A stretch of 64,000 nt of DNA from an uncultured Cytophagia bacterium (GTDB lineage Bacteria > Zhuqueibacterota > Zhuqueibacteria > Residuimicrobiales > Residuimicrobiaceae): positions 13,920 through 77,919 of the forward strand of contig CAZISM010000008.1 of assembly GCA_964541895.1 (NCBI GenBank), read 5' to 3'. Below, one piece after another: positions 1-13,354 of this stretch (its first letter is position 1; each line of letters opens with the position of its first letter). A program made the position numbers and the translations under genes. The notes below the pieces were generated by a model. It was not told the origin of the DNA, did not search any database, and worked only from the letters and a program-made list of their open reading frames with translations.

Positions 1-2094
1 CATGCGATTGGTGTTGTACACCGGGCTGTTGCGTTGAATGCTGCTTTTCATAACGCGTATCCACTCCCGCGGCAGGCCGGTGCCGCCGGAATAGAACAGC
101 GGCACCACATCATGCTCGAGGGCATGATAGAGCGCATCGGCTTCGTACTTGTCCTGATCTTCGTTTCTGGCATACTCTTCGCCGCGACCGATGGACCAGC
201 CCAGGGTGTTGCGGAACGCTTCATCCCACCAACCGTCGAGCACGCTGAGATTGATGGCGCCGTTGACCGCCGCTTTCATGCCGCTGGTGCCGCTGGCTTC
301 GCGCGGGCGACGCGGGTTGTTGAGCCAGACGTCGACGCCCTGCAGCATGTTGGCCGCCACTTCCATGTCATAGTCTTCCAGGAAGACGATGTGCGACCTG
401 AATTCTTCGCTGCGGATCAGACCGATGATGTCGCGGATGATGGCCTTGCCCACATTATCGCGCGGATGGGCTTTGCCGGCGATGATGATCTGAACCGGGC
501 ACTCTTTGTTGTTGACGATTTTATTCAGCCGTTGCAGATCATAGAACAGCAGTTTGGCGCGTTTATATTCGGCAAAGCGTCTGGCAAAGCCGATGGTCAG
601 CGCTTCGGGATCCAGAACCTCTTCGGCAGCGGCGATGTCGCTGGGATTGGCGCCGGCATTCTCCAGCTGGCGGCGCAGCTGTTTGCGGGCATAGGCCACC
701 AGGCGTTCGCGGCGGCGCTCGTGGGTTCGCCACAGCTCTTCATCCGGAATGGTCTGAACCCTGTCCCAGACGCTGGTGTTGGCCGGTTCATCGATCCAGC
801 GCGGGCCCAGGTAGCGGCCGTACAGCTCCGCCATGTCGGCCGAAATCCAGGTGGGAATATGGATGCCGTTGGTAACATGGCCGATGGGCACTTCATCCTC
901 CGGCAGTTCCGGCCAGAGATAGTTCCACATTTTGCGGGCCACTTTACCGTGCAACCGGCTGACGCCATTGATACCGCCGGACATCTGAATGGCAAAGATA
1001 GCCATGTTGAACTTGCCGCCGGTTTCCGCTCTGTGCACTCCGCCCAGACTGTGGAAATCATGCTGGGTCATATTGAGGCCGGCGTAATAGTCGCCCAGGT
1101 ACGAGTCGAGCAAGTGAGGTTCGAATTCGTCGATACCGGCGGGCACAGGGGTGTGGCTGGTAAAGACGTTGCTGCTGCGCGTCGCTTCCACCGCTTCATT
1201 AAAGGATGTTTTAAATTCTTTCATGAGAATGCGCGCCCGCTCCAGAGCCATAAAAGCGGAGTGCCCTTCGTTCATATGGCACACCTGCGGCCGAATCCCC
1301 AGGGTCTCGAGAGCGCGCAAACCGCCGATGCCCAGAACGATTTCCTGTTTAATGCGCATTTCGGTGTCGCCGCCATAGAGCTGATCGGTGATGTCCTGAT
1401 CTTTTTGCAGGTTCTCCTCAACGTTGGTGTCGAGCAGATAGAGAGGCACCCGCCCCACCTGCGCTTGCCAGATCTGGGCTTTCACCTCACGTCCCTGCAT
1501 CTGCACTGAAATCATCATGGGCGCTCCGGTTGCATCGAGCAGCCGTTTGATGGGCATATTGTAAAAATCGTTATCGACGTAGGATTCCTGCTGCCAGCCG
1601 TCTTTGGAGAGATATTGGTTAAAATAGCCCTGTTGATAGAGCAGGCCGACGGCTACCAGGGGCACGCCGAGATCGCTGGCTGCTTTCAGATGGTCCGCGG
1701 CCAGTACGCCCAGGCCTCCGGAATAGGTGGGAATGCCTTCGGTGATGCCATATTCCATGGAAAAATAGGCGATTCTGAAATCAGCGTTGCTGCCGTATTT
1801 TTCCTGGAACCAGGTCTTGCGTTTAAGATAATCATCCAGTTTTTGTTTGGCGCGGTGGAGGTGAGAAACAAAGCCCTCATCCTTGGCGCGGATTTCCAGC
1901 CGCTTCTGATCGATGCTGCCCAGCAGGCGGATGGGATCGTGCCCGGTCTGTTCCCATAAATCGCGATCCAGACGTTGAAACAGATTGCGAATTTCATGGT
2001 TCCAGGTCCAGTACAGGTTATAGGCTAATTCGTGCAGACAGGCCAATTCGGTTGGTAACGAAGGGACGACTTTGAACGTGCGGACATTGTACAT
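1..2094 (-). CDS. glgP: alpha-glucan (glycogen/maltodextrin) phosphorylase, GT35 family; C-terminal end of the gene runs off the window start
   Basis: Minus-strand frame reads MYNVRTFKVVPSLPTELA... from the ATG complement at 2092-2094, then ...NLSVLDGWWDEAFRN...VYNTNRM at the window edge, typical of the bacterial alpha-glucan phosphorylase family. It is absent from the ORF track because it has no stop inside the window. The + strand ORF 34..1509 is its antisense shadow. Confidence 0.85.
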   Translation of the reverse strand, partial: MYNVRTFKVVPSLPTELACLHELAYNLYWTWNHEIRNLFQRLDRDLWEQTGHDPIRLLGSIDQKRLEIRAKDEGFVSHLHRAKQKLDDYLKRKTWFQEKYGSNADFRIAYFSMEYGITEGIPTYSGGLGVLAADHLKAASDLGVPLVAVGLLYQQGYFNQYLSKDGWQQESYVDNDFYNMPIKRLLDATGAPMMISVQMQGREVKAQIWQAQVGRVPLYLLDTNVEENLQKDQDITDQLYGGDTEMRIKQEIVLGIGGLRALETLGIRPQVCHMNEGHSAFMALERARILMKEFKTSFNEAVEATRSSNVFTSHTPVPAGIDEFEPHLLDSYLGDYYAGLNMTQHDFHSLGGVHRAETGGKFNMAIFAIQMSGGINGVSRLHGKVARKMWNYLWPELPEDEVPIGHVTNGIHIPTWISADMAELYGRYLGPRWIDEPANTSVWDRVQTIPDEELWRTHERRRERLVAYARKQLRRQLENAGANPSDIAAAEEVLDPEALTIGFARRFAEYKRAKLLFYDLQRLNKIVNNKECPVQIIIAGKAHPRDNVGKAIIRDIIGLIRSEEFRSHIVFLEDYDMEVAANMLQGVDVWLNNPRRPREASGTSGMKAAVNGAINLSVLDGWWDEAFRNTLGWSIGRGEEYARNEDQDKYEADALYHALEHDVVPLFYSGGTGLPREWIRVMKSSIQRNSPVYNTNRM

Positions 2095-2481
2095 GTGAAT
2101 GACACCTCTGGTTGGTAGCGTGACAACGGCAAGGATAAAAATAGGCAAAAATTGCATGACCTACAAGAAAATTTACTCGGCAGCTGGTCCGGTTACGTAT
2201 TACTCTCTGGCATGCAAGTTGCAAAAAACAGTATAGGCCGTGGCAGTGCGGCCGCTAGCCAGGCATCAGCAAGCACGCATCGTTTTTCATCTCAGAATCT
2301 GCATCTTTAATAGATTAATAATTAATGAAATAGCGCATAGAGAACAAAAAGGAAAAATTTACGGATTTTGGCAAGGAGGTGAATGAGCAAAATAGTCGAG
2401 TACGATTCTGTATTGTACTGAGCACTCGTTTCAAGTAGAGACAAACCATACTCCATTTTACTTAATGTTCGGGAGGAAGTG

Positions 2482-3918
2482 ATGAAGTCGTTATCCAAAC
2501 GCCTGATCGTGTTGCCGGCTTTGGTGATTGCCTCCCTGCTGTGGCAGGAATCGCCGGCCGCTATCACGGGCGATACTCTGAAAATTGTCAACAGCAGCGG
2601 CTGGCCGGGGATGGGTGGTTATTCCATCCCCATCAGATTGAAAAATGCAACAACCTTGCGGGCTTTACAGTTCCGTTTTCAATGCAATCCGGACTCTTTG
2701 GTCATCACCGGTGTGAATACGACCGCTCGTACGGCCGGTTTTCAGGTTGATGCGGTGCAGATTCCCAAAGGGGCACGGGTCCTGTTAACCCCGACCAACG
2801 GCACGACGCCGTATCTGACGCCGGACTCGGCGGCTATCGTTAGCATCCAGGTATCGGTCAAAGCCAACACGCCGGGCGGCACCAAAGCGACCTTGAGCAT
2901 CGACTCGGTCGTGGCGGCCAACACCACCAATCAGGCCAAGGCGCTGGGAACCAGGTCCGGTTATTTCTGGTTCGGCACCAAAGGTGACGTCAAGTACGAT
3001 GCCGCCATCAATCTGTTTGACGTTTTGCGGCTGATCGACATCGCCCTGAGCATTCAGCCGGCGGCGTCGCTCTATGAATTGTGGGCCGGCGATTTGAACA
3101 TCGTCGACGGCGCCTATGTCGGTGATGGTCTGATCGACATCATTGATATCAGTCTCGCCCTGGACATGGTCGTGGCCGGTGTTGCCAGTCGCCAGCCAGT
3201 GGCGGAGCCGGCCAGTTACTCCGGCAGTTTGCGTCTGGATGTGCCTGCTTTGCCGCAGAGCTATATCGGAGAGCTGGACGTTCCGGTTTATTATCGGGCT
3301 TCTGCGCCTGTAAACGGCATCGAGCTCGTCCTTGACGCCACCGAGCAGGAGTTTCAGGTCGCGCCGCCGAAAAAGACGGCCTGGAGCAAGCACATGACCC
3401 TGCAGACGGCGGTGCGTGACGGCGAAATGCATATCATTTTATGCACGACCAACGGCCAGCCGTTGCCGGCCGGTGAAGGGGAGTTGCTTGCCCTGCCGGT
3501 CAATGTAGTTTCCGGTCTGAAAGAGAGCAGAACCATCGAGATCAAACAGGCCGTAGCCGGCTCGGCCAAAGCCGCGCCGCTGCAAACCATGTTTGGTCAG
3601 AGCCCCGTCCTGGAAAGCCAGGCGCCGGAATCGTTCAGCCTGAGCCAGAACTCGCCGAATCCATTCAATATGTCGACGACGCTGCGCTATGAAATTCCAA
3701 AATCTCAATCCGGATCTGTACCGGTGCGCGTCCTGGTGTACAACACCCAGGGGCAGCTGGTGCGAACCCTGGAAGAATCGGTGCGCGCCGCCGGCCGTTA
3801 TACCATCACGTGGAACGGTCAGGATGATTTTGGCCGTTATGTGTCCTCTGGTGTCTATTTTTACAAACTCATCACCGGGGATGTGGTGTTGACGAAAAAG
3901 ATGGCGGTGATGAAGTAG
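2482..3918 (+). CDS. secreted modular surface protein: cohesin-like domain, dockerin-like Ca-binding repeat pair, second cohesin-like domain, T9SS C-terminal sorting domain
   Basis: ATG at 2482 (track starts at GTG 2479) sits 5 nt after GGGAGG. Signal peptide MKSLSKRLIVLPALVIASLLWQESPAA. Dockerin-like segments GDVKYDAAINLFDVLRLIDIAL and GDLNIVDGAYVGDGLIDIIDISLALDMV (about 2981-3180). C-terminus SQNSPNPFNMSTTLRYEI...VYNTQGQLVRTL...SGVYFYKL matches the Por/T9SS CTD pattern. Confidence 0.7.
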   Translation: MKSLSKRLIVLPALVIASLLWQESPAAITGDTLKIVNSSGWPGMGGYSIPIRLKNATTLRALQFRFQCNPDSLVITGVNTTARTAGFQVDAVQIPKGARVLLTPTNGTTPYLTPDSAAIVSIQVSVKANTPGGTKATLSIDSVVAANTTNQAKALGTRSGYFWFGTKGDVKYDAAINLFDVLRLIDIALSIQPAASLYELWAGDLNIVDGAYVGDGLIDIIDISLALDMVVAGVASRQPVAEPASYSGSLRLDVPALPQSYIGELDVPVYYRASAPVNGIELVLDATEQEFQVAPPKKTAWSKHMTLQTAVRDGEMHIILCTTNGQPLPAGEGELLALPVNVVSGLKESRTIEIKQAVAGSAKAAPLQTMFGQSPVLESQAPESFSLSQNSPNPFNMSTTLRYEIPKSQSGSVPVRVLVYNTQGQLVRTLEESVRAAGRYTITWNGQDDFGRYVSSGVYFYKLITGDVVLTKKMAVMK

Positions 3919-3953
3919 CCGCTTCCATCAGGACTTTAGCGTGGAGAATAAAC

Positions 3954-5744
3954 ATGCGATACAAAACAGTTTACTTACTGTTGCTGATCATCATCGTCGG
4001 ACTGCATTCCGGTCTCTGGGCGCAGACGGTCGATGATTTCAACCGGTCCACCTTGGGCAGCAACTGGACCGCTGATCCCGAGTATGTGATCGCCAGCAAC
4101 ACGCTTGACAATAATGCGACCACGGCCACGTGGAACTATCTGGCGGTGTTTAACGCGGTGGTGAATCCGATCGAAGTGTCGTTCAAGTGGGCGGCAGCGC
4201 CGCTGTGCGATACGGAAGGCGCCAACTCGGGCGGCATTGTCATTTATCTCGATAGCCCATCGGTGTCGGCGAACGGCTATTTTATTTTGCGACGTTATTC
4301 GGCGCTGGATCTGCTTCCCATCGTGAGCGGAGTCATCGATCGTGCGACGACGATACATTCTGTCACACCGACCCAGCCCAATCCCGCGGCCGGGACGACC
4401 ATCAAGGTCGTAGCCTCGACCGATGCCAGCGGACACCATTTCGATTTTTATGTCAATGGCACCTTTGACGGCCGTTTGAACGATACCGCCAAGCGCTATG
4501 GCAACGGCACCTCGCTCTATGCCGGCGTCGGGCTCTATGGCAATCGCACCAACAACATCGATGATTTTACGGTCAAAACCTCGACCACCTCCTCGATCGT
4601 GGTTACTGCTCCCAACGGTGGTGAAACCTGGTATGCCAATTCGCATCGCAACATTACCTGGACCTCCACCGGCTTTACCGGGCCGGTAAAGCTCGAATTG
4701 TCGACCGACAGTGGCGCAACCTGGTCGCAGACCATCGTGGCTTCCACCGACAACACCGGCACCTATGACTGGACCGTGCCGGCGTTGGCCACCATGCCGG
4801 CCACCGGCTGCCGTATTCGGGTTTCCAATGCCGGCGGCGGCACGCCGCTGGATATCAGCAACAGCAATTTTTCCATTGCCGCGCCGCAGGTTCCGAAAGT
4901 ACTGAAACCCAACGGCAGTGAACTCTGGATCGCCAACACGAGCCAACAGATCACCTGGCAGGGCTTCGCCTCCAGCAACGTCCGTATCCGCTATCGCATC
5001 AAGGACACCGATCTGTGGTCGGACATCACCACCAGCACGCCCAACGACGGCCTGTACGAATGGACCGTACCGGCGCAATTTACCGAAACGGCTAAAATCA
5101 GGATCAGCGATCCGGCCGAGGTGACGGAATCGGATGAAAGTGACAATTATTTCATCATCACCGCCCTGGCCAAGCTCTCTGTTCCCGACGCCAGCGGTGA
5201 GCCTGGTACGACCGGCAACGTCGTCTACCTGTGGATGAGCAATCAAACCAATATCCGCGGCGTCTTTTTCGATCTGGAGGACAGCCTCAATGTCATGACC
5301 GGCGAACGGGTGATCTCTACCGGTCGCGCCAGCGGCTTTACGGTCAGCTACCGGGAAACCGGCAGCGTGGTGCGCGTGGCTATGGTGCACATGTCCGGTC
5401 AGGTCATACCGTCCGGCAACGGCGCCATTGCGCAGATTAATTATCTCACGGCCGGCGGCGCGGTCATCGGCTCGCACGCCAAACTAAAGCTGCAGAACGT
5501 GACCATCAGCGACGCCAACGGCAATCTGGTGTCACCGCAGTTGGTGGACGGCAAATTTTATTTTATGGAACTGGGCAACCTCGATGGGCTTGCCAGCGTC
5601 GATCCCGCTGATCTCGATATCGCTCGCGATCTGTTGTTAAAGGTCAGGCCGCCCACGGGCTATGAATTGCTGGCCGGCGATGTGGATCATGACCGGGATA
5701 TTGATCTGTTTGATTTTCTCCGCATTTTTGATATGATATACTGA
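3954..5744 (+). CDS. secreted modular protein: lectin/LamG-like N-domain, two ~60-aa beta-sandwich repeats, cohesin-like domain, C-terminal dockerin-like module; no T9SS CTD
   Basis: Signal peptide MRYKTVYLLLLIIIVGLHSGLWAQ. Repeats VTAPNGGETWYANSHRNITW...TGTYDWTVP and LKPNGSELWIANTSQQITW...DGLYEWTVP. C-terminal LASVDPADLDIARDLLL...LAGDVDHDRDIDLFDFLRIFDMIY resembles the dockerin duplicated Ca-binding segment. Confidence 0.65.
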   Translation: MRYKTVYLLLLIIIVGLHSGLWAQTVDDFNRSTLGSNWTADPEYVIASNTLDNNATTATWNYLAVFNAVVNPIEVSFKWAAAPLCDTEGANSGGIVIYLDSPSVSANGYFILRRYSALDLLPIVSGVIDRATTIHSVTPTQPNPAAGTTIKVVASTDASGHHFDFYVNGTFDGRLNDTAKRYGNGTSLYAGVGLYGNRTNNIDDFTVKTSTTSSIVVTAPNGGETWYANSHRNITWTSTGFTGPVKLELSTDSGATWSQTIVASTDNTGTYDWTVPALATMPATGCRIRVSNAGGGTPLDISNSNFSIAAPQVPKVLKPNGSELWIANTSQQITWQGFASSNVRIRYRIKDTDLWSDITTSTPNDGLYEWTVPAQFTETAKIRISDPAEVTESDESDNYFIITALAKLSVPDASGEPGTTGNVVYLWMSNQTNIRGVFFDLEDSLNVMTGERVISTGRASGFTVSYRETGSVVRVAMVHMSGQVIPSGNGAIAQINYLTAGGAVIGSHAKLKLQNVTISDANGNLVSPQLVDGKFYFMELGNLDGLASVDPADLDIARDLLLKVRPPTGYELLAGDVDHDRDIDLFDFLRIFDMIY

Positions 5745-5751
5745 TCGTTGT

Positions 5752-5843
5752 GAATCCCGGTTTTTAGCGACGCGAGGCAATTGGGCAAAGGTGCAACCGG
5801 GTGTCGGGTCGTTCATTTCAGCAGCGACTAAAAACCGGGATTC
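5752..5843. repeat. 16-bp perfect inverted repeat (GAATCCCGGTTTTTAG ... CTAAAAACCGGGATTC) separated by a 60-nt spacer, lying between the dockerin protein gene and the next cohesin-like gene
   Basis: Arms at 5752-5767 and 5828-5843 are exact reverse complements. The element starts 8 nt after the stop at 5744 and is followed by CGCATTTTG, then the RBS and ATG at 5871. Confidence 0.6.
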
Positions 5844-5870
5844 CGCATTTTGTGGAAGGGAAAGGGATTT

Positions 5871-6644
5871 ATGAAGAAATGGTTAATCATATTTCTGGTC
5901 GCATCGGCTCTGAGCGTGAGCAGGGCGGAATCGGTGCTGACCATGAGTGGCGGCAGCGGCGTGCCCGGGAGTCGGGACAACATTATCTCCGTTTCGTTGA
6001 CCAACCAGGAGCCGGTCAAAGGCATGCAGTTGTGGGTCGCCGATATTCCCAACGCCTTAAAGCCGGATTCGGTCTGGCTGACGAACCGCTGCAGCGGTTT
6101 TGATGTCTTTTATAACGACGTCGACGGGCTGCTGAACATCATCATTGTATCCACCAATCAGTTTCTCAGCCCGGATACCGGTGTGGTTCTCAAGATCAGC
6201 TATTCAGTCGTTACGGAGCAGAACGCAGCCAATCAGCTCGAGCTGCAGTTTGCCAAGCCGCCCAAGCTGGTCGGCCAGAACTATGTGGTGCTGCCGGTAC
6301 AGGCCATGAACAGCCAGTTTACCATTACCAGTGCGGCAGCGGTGGAGCAGACCACGAGCCAACCCGGCTCTTTTTCGCTTGGACAGAACTATCCAAATCC
6401 GTTCAATCCGACTACGCAGATCCCCTTTGAGATTGCAGCAGCCGGCTCGGTGCAACTGATCATTTATGACGTGCTGGGCCGCAGCGTGCGCACCCTGGTG
6501 CAGGGGCACTACACAGCCGGCGCTTACCGGATTACCTGGGACGGGCGTGACGACTCTGGAGAAGCGGTGGCGGGAGGCTTGTATCTGTGCCGGCTGGTCA
6601 GCAACGGCAGCAGTCAAACCAAACAGATGGTTTATATGAAATAA
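5871..6644 (+). CDS. secreted cohesin-like domain protein with T9SS C-terminal sorting domain
   Basis: ATG at 5871 after GGAAGGGAAAGGGA (track ORF starts at TTG 5850). Signal peptide MKKWLIIFLVASALSVSRAESV. The N-domain resembles the cohesin-like domain of the 2482 gene. C-terminus SLGQNYPNPFNPTTQIPFEI...LIIYDVLGRSVRTL...GGLYLCRL is a T9SS CTD. Confidence 0.7.
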   Translation: MKKWLIIFLVASALSVSRAESVLTMSGGSGVPGSRDNIISVSLTNQEPVKGMQLWVADIPNALKPDSVWLTNRCSGFDVFYNDVDGLLNIIIVSTNQFLSPDTGVVLKISYSVVTEQNAANQLELQFAKPPKLVGQNYVVLPVQAMNSQFTITSAAAVEQTTSQPGSFSLGQNYPNPFNPTTQIPFEIAAAGSVQLIIYDVLGRSVRTLVQGHYTAGAYRITWDGRDDSGEAVAGGLYLCRLVSNGSSQTKQMVYMK

Positions 6645-6671
6645 GCTGTGTTTTACATAGCGTTAAAATAG

Positions 6672-6701
6672 AAAACCCTCGGCGGAGATACCGAGGGTTT
6701 T
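6672..6701. terminator. rho-independent terminator, bidirectional (A-run, hairpin, T-run) between convergent genes
   Basis: AAAACCCTCGG-cggagata-CCGAGGGTTTT is a perfect 11-bp stem including the A/T flanks. It lies immediately downstream of the 5871..6644 gene and in the intergenic region downstream (3') of the convergent minus-strand M48 gene. Confidence 0.6.
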
Positions 6702-6880
6702 CCATTTGGCATCAGTTAGGAGGAGGAGAGAGGGAAACTTGAACTAAAATAGATCAGTTGATTCGTTTTCGATCACTTTGCAGCTTTTTTTCGAGCTTGA
6801 CTTCCATTCTATTATTATATTATGCAAAAAGCGGGCCACAATTTTTTTACACCGTTTCGTGTCTCCCTTGTTCTAAAGAT

Positions 6881-10597
<3,717 letters not shown>

Positions 10598-10769
10598 TCC
10601 CTTCTAGTTTGCCCTCATGACGGCGAAAATGGCGCATCATGATAACGGTTTTTACCACCAATGTCAAGCACAAACTCGATAAACCCCGGCCTGAAAAACA
10701 TTTTCTTGATTTTGTATTGACAAAGGATTATATTAATCTTCATTGTTATGACAAGGAGGACGCCCCTGG

Positions 10770-11558
10770 ATGGGGAAGGTTATCGCGATTGCAAATCAAA
10801 AAGGCGGAGTGGGTAAAACCACGACTTCTGTCAATTTGGCAGCCTGTCTGGCGGTCGCCGAATATCCGACGTTGTTGATCGATATGGATCCTCAAGCCAA
10901 CAGCACCAGCGGATTGGGCTTTAACCAGAAAGAGATGAAAAAAACCATCTATGACGTCCTCATTAACGAAGAACCAATCAACTCGATTGCCATAGAGACC
11001 GCTTTAAAGTATCTGCACCTGGCACCCTCGTCCATCAATCTGGTGGGGGCTGAAGTGGAACTGGTTTCCCTGATTTCACGGGAGCACCGCCTGATCCGTA
11101 AAATCAACGAGATCAGAAACCAGTACCGTTTCATTCTGATTGACTGTCCGCCTTCATTGGGTTTGTTGACCATCAATGCGCTCACCAGCGCCGATTCGGT
11201 TCTTATACCCATACAGTGCGAATATTATGCCCTGGAAGGCTTGGGACAGCTGCTCAACACCATTCGTCTGGTGCAGAAGCATTTGAATGAAAAGTTGCTT
11301 ATTGAGGGCGTACTGTTGACCATGTACGATGCCCGCTTGAACCTCTCCCGGCAAGTGGCGGAAGACGTACGTCGTTATTTTGAAGGCAAGGTGTTTGACA
11401 CGGTGGTGACGCGCAACGTACGCCTGAGCGAGGCTCCCAGTTTTGGCAAGCCGATCATTCTGTACGATGCGGTATCGTCCGGTAGTGAAAATTATATGAG
11501 TTTGGCTGAGGAAATCATCAAGAATGGCGAACAAGAAAGCTCTGGGGAGAGGTCTTAG
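10770..11558 (+). CDS. parA: chromosome partitioning ATPase ParA/Soj
   Basis: [28 protein letters not shown] deviant Walker A; RBS AAGGAGGA upstream. Confidence 0.9.
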   Translation: MGKVIAIANQKGGVGKTTTSVNLAACLAVAEYPTLLIDMDPQANSTSGLGFNQKEMKKTIYDVLINEEPINSIAIETALKYLHLAPSSINLVGAEVELVSLISREHRLIRKINEIRNQYRFILIDCPPSLGLLTINALTSADSVLIPIQCEYYALEGLGQLLNTIRLVQKHLNEKLLIEGVLLTMYDARLNLSRQVAEDVRRYFEGKVFDTVVTRNVRLSEAPSFGKPIILYDAVSSGSENYMSLAEEIIKNGEQESSGERS

Positions 11559-12381
11559 CGCTCTCATTCCTGATACACCTGCTGAAGAGAAGCAATCCAA
11601 GCCCGTGCAGTTTGTTGAGGTCATGAAAGTGGCGCCGAACCCCTTTCAGCCTCGTGAGACGTTCAAGCCTGAAGCCTTAGCTGAACTAAAGCAATCCATC
11701 GCCGAGAAGGGGCTGGTGCAGCCGATCACGGTACGGCGCTACGGCGCCGGCTATCAGCTGATCGCCGGCGAACGGCGTCTGCGTGCGGTGCGGGATCTGG
11801 GGCTGGAATCGATTCCGGCCTATATTCTGGACGTATCCTCGGACGAGGATATGCTGGAGCTGGCCATCATTGAGAATATTCATCGCGAGGATTTGAATCC
11901 TGTCGAAGTGGCCCATGGTTATAAACGGCTCATGGACGAGTGCCATCTGACCCAGGAGGAGGTGGCGGTCAAAGTCAGCCGGGACCGGGCGTCGGTGGCC
12001 AATTTTCTGCGGCTGTTGAAATTGCCGCGCCGGATCCAGGAGAGTCTTCAGGACGGCGAGCTTGGGATGGGACACGCGCGCGCGCTGTTGTCGCTGGACA
12101 GCGCTGAAGAGCAGGTGCAGGTCTGGCAGAAAATTCTCAAAAACGCCCTGTCTGTGCGCCAGGTGGAAAATCTGGTCCGCAGCCAGACCAAGAAGGTTAA
12201 AGCCAAAGCCAAAAGCGCTTCTGCGCAATCCGCCTATATGACGGACCTGGAAAACCGCCTGCGCACCCGATTGGCCACCAAGGTCACTATCAAGGCACGC
12301 CAAAAGGGCGGTGTGATCGAAATAGACTACTATTCTGAAGATGAGCTGGACCGGCTTTCCGGTCTGCTGACAGGAGAATAG
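11524..12381 (+). CDS. parB: chromosome partitioning protein ParB/Spo0J
   Basis: [17 protein letters not shown]-terminus and the ParB box GERRLRAV; its start overlaps the parA 3' end by 35 nt. Confidence 0.9.
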   Translation: MANKKALGRGLSALIPDTPAEEKQSKPVQFVEVMKVAPNPFQPRETFKPEALAELKQSIAEKGLVQPITVRRYGAGYQLIAGERRLRAVRDLGLESIPAYILDVSSDEDMLELAIIENIHREDLNPVEVAHGYKRLMDECHLTQEEVAVKVSRDRASVANFLRLLKLPRRIQESLQDGELGMGHARALLSLDSAEEQVQVWQKILKNALSVRQVENLVRSQTKKVKAKAKSASAQSAYMTDLENRLRTRLATKVTIKARQKGGVIEIDYYSEDELDRLSGLLTGE

Positions 12382-12384
12382 TGG

Positions 12385-13314
12385 ATGGCTGATGAACTGG
12401 CAAAATATCTGAGCAAACCGGCGAAAAAGCGACATCGTCGCAGCCTGCGTATTTTGCTGATTCCGGACGATCAGAGCGAGCCACGCGCCTACAGCCTGAG
12501 CATACGCCAGCTGACGATGATAAAAGTTGTGGCCGGGCTGTTGGCCTGTCACATTGTTTTTGGATTTTACGCCTATTCGGCGATTTCGCGCCACGTGATG
12601 CGCATCAACAGTCTGGAAAAAACCAACCGGCAACTCAGCGAGAATAACCAGCGTATTCACGAACTGGCCAACGAGTTTAAAACCCTGCAAGAGACCGATG
12701 ACAAGATCCGGGCGGCTCTGGGGCTCGCCGCATCGGGCCAAAGCGGCGCCAACATCGAATCCATAGTCGGTTCGAGCGAGCTGTTGCCGCAACGGACGCG
12801 AATGGACAGCCAGCCCTCTTCTCTGGAACTGGCGTCTGCCGCCAGTCAGGTGAAACTGGCTGATCGGCTCAACATCCTGCAGCAACACAGTCAGAATGGT
12901 TTGCACGAGTTTTTGCGCTCGGTGCCGACCTATCTGCCTGTGGAAGGGGTTTTAACAAGAGATTATCAGCAGGAGGCCCAAACGCAAGGCAGTTCCAGCC
13001 ACAAGGGCATTGATATAGCGGCACCGCGTGGCTCCTTTGTGCGTGCTTCAGCGGATGGAATGGTGGTTTTTGCCGGCTGGACCGAAGATCTGGGGCATCT
13101 AGTCGTGCTTTATCACGGCGACGGCTATTTTACCTATTACGGCCACAATCAGCGTCTGCTGGTGCAGCGCAACACCTTTGTACGCAAGGCCGAAGAGATC
13201 GCCATGGTCGGCAGCACGGGAGAGAGTTCGGCACCCCACCTCCATTTTGAAATCTGGAAGGATGGCGTTCCGCTCGACCCCAAACAATATATACTTGCGT
13301 TCTCCGGTATGTGA
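12385..13314 (+). CDS. M23 family metallopeptidase (LytM-like), membrane-anchored
   Basis: HKGIDIAAPRGSFVRASADGMVVFAGW...YGHNQRLLV...GSTGESSAPHLHFEIWKDGVPLDP, the classic M23 HxxxD/HxH motifs. N-terminal TM helix. Immediately downstream of parB. Confidence 0.85.
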   Translation: MADELAKYLSKPAKKRHRRSLRILLIPDDQSEPRAYSLSIRQLTMIKVVAGLLACHIVFGFYAYSAISRHVMRINSLEKTNRQLSENNQRIHELANEFKTLQETDDKIRAALGLAASGQSGANIESIVGSSELLPQRTRMDSQPSSLELASAASQVKLADRLNILQQHSQNGLHEFLRSVPTYLPVEGVLTRDYQQEAQTQGSSSHKGIDIAAPRGSFVRASADGMVVFAGWTEDLGHLVVLYHGDGYFTYYGHNQRLLVQRNTFVRKAEEIAMVGSTGESSAPHLHFEIWKDGVPLDPKQYILAFSGM

Positions 13315-13354
13315 GAACCTTTAACCGTATTCGAATAGTGCAGGTGGATGACAT

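Noticed and set aside
34-1509. 491-aa + strand ORF at the window start
   Set aside because: It is a low-complexity Gly/Ala/Arg-rich antisense shadow of the minus-strand glgP gene. The minus frame gives a clean alpha-glucan phosphorylase sequence (LSVLDGWWDE...).
3975-5477. 500-aa minus-strand ORF
   Set aside because: It is antisense to the signal-peptide/dockerin protein gene. Its composition is Arg/Gly/Asp-rich with no recognisable domains, as expected for a high-GC shadow frame.
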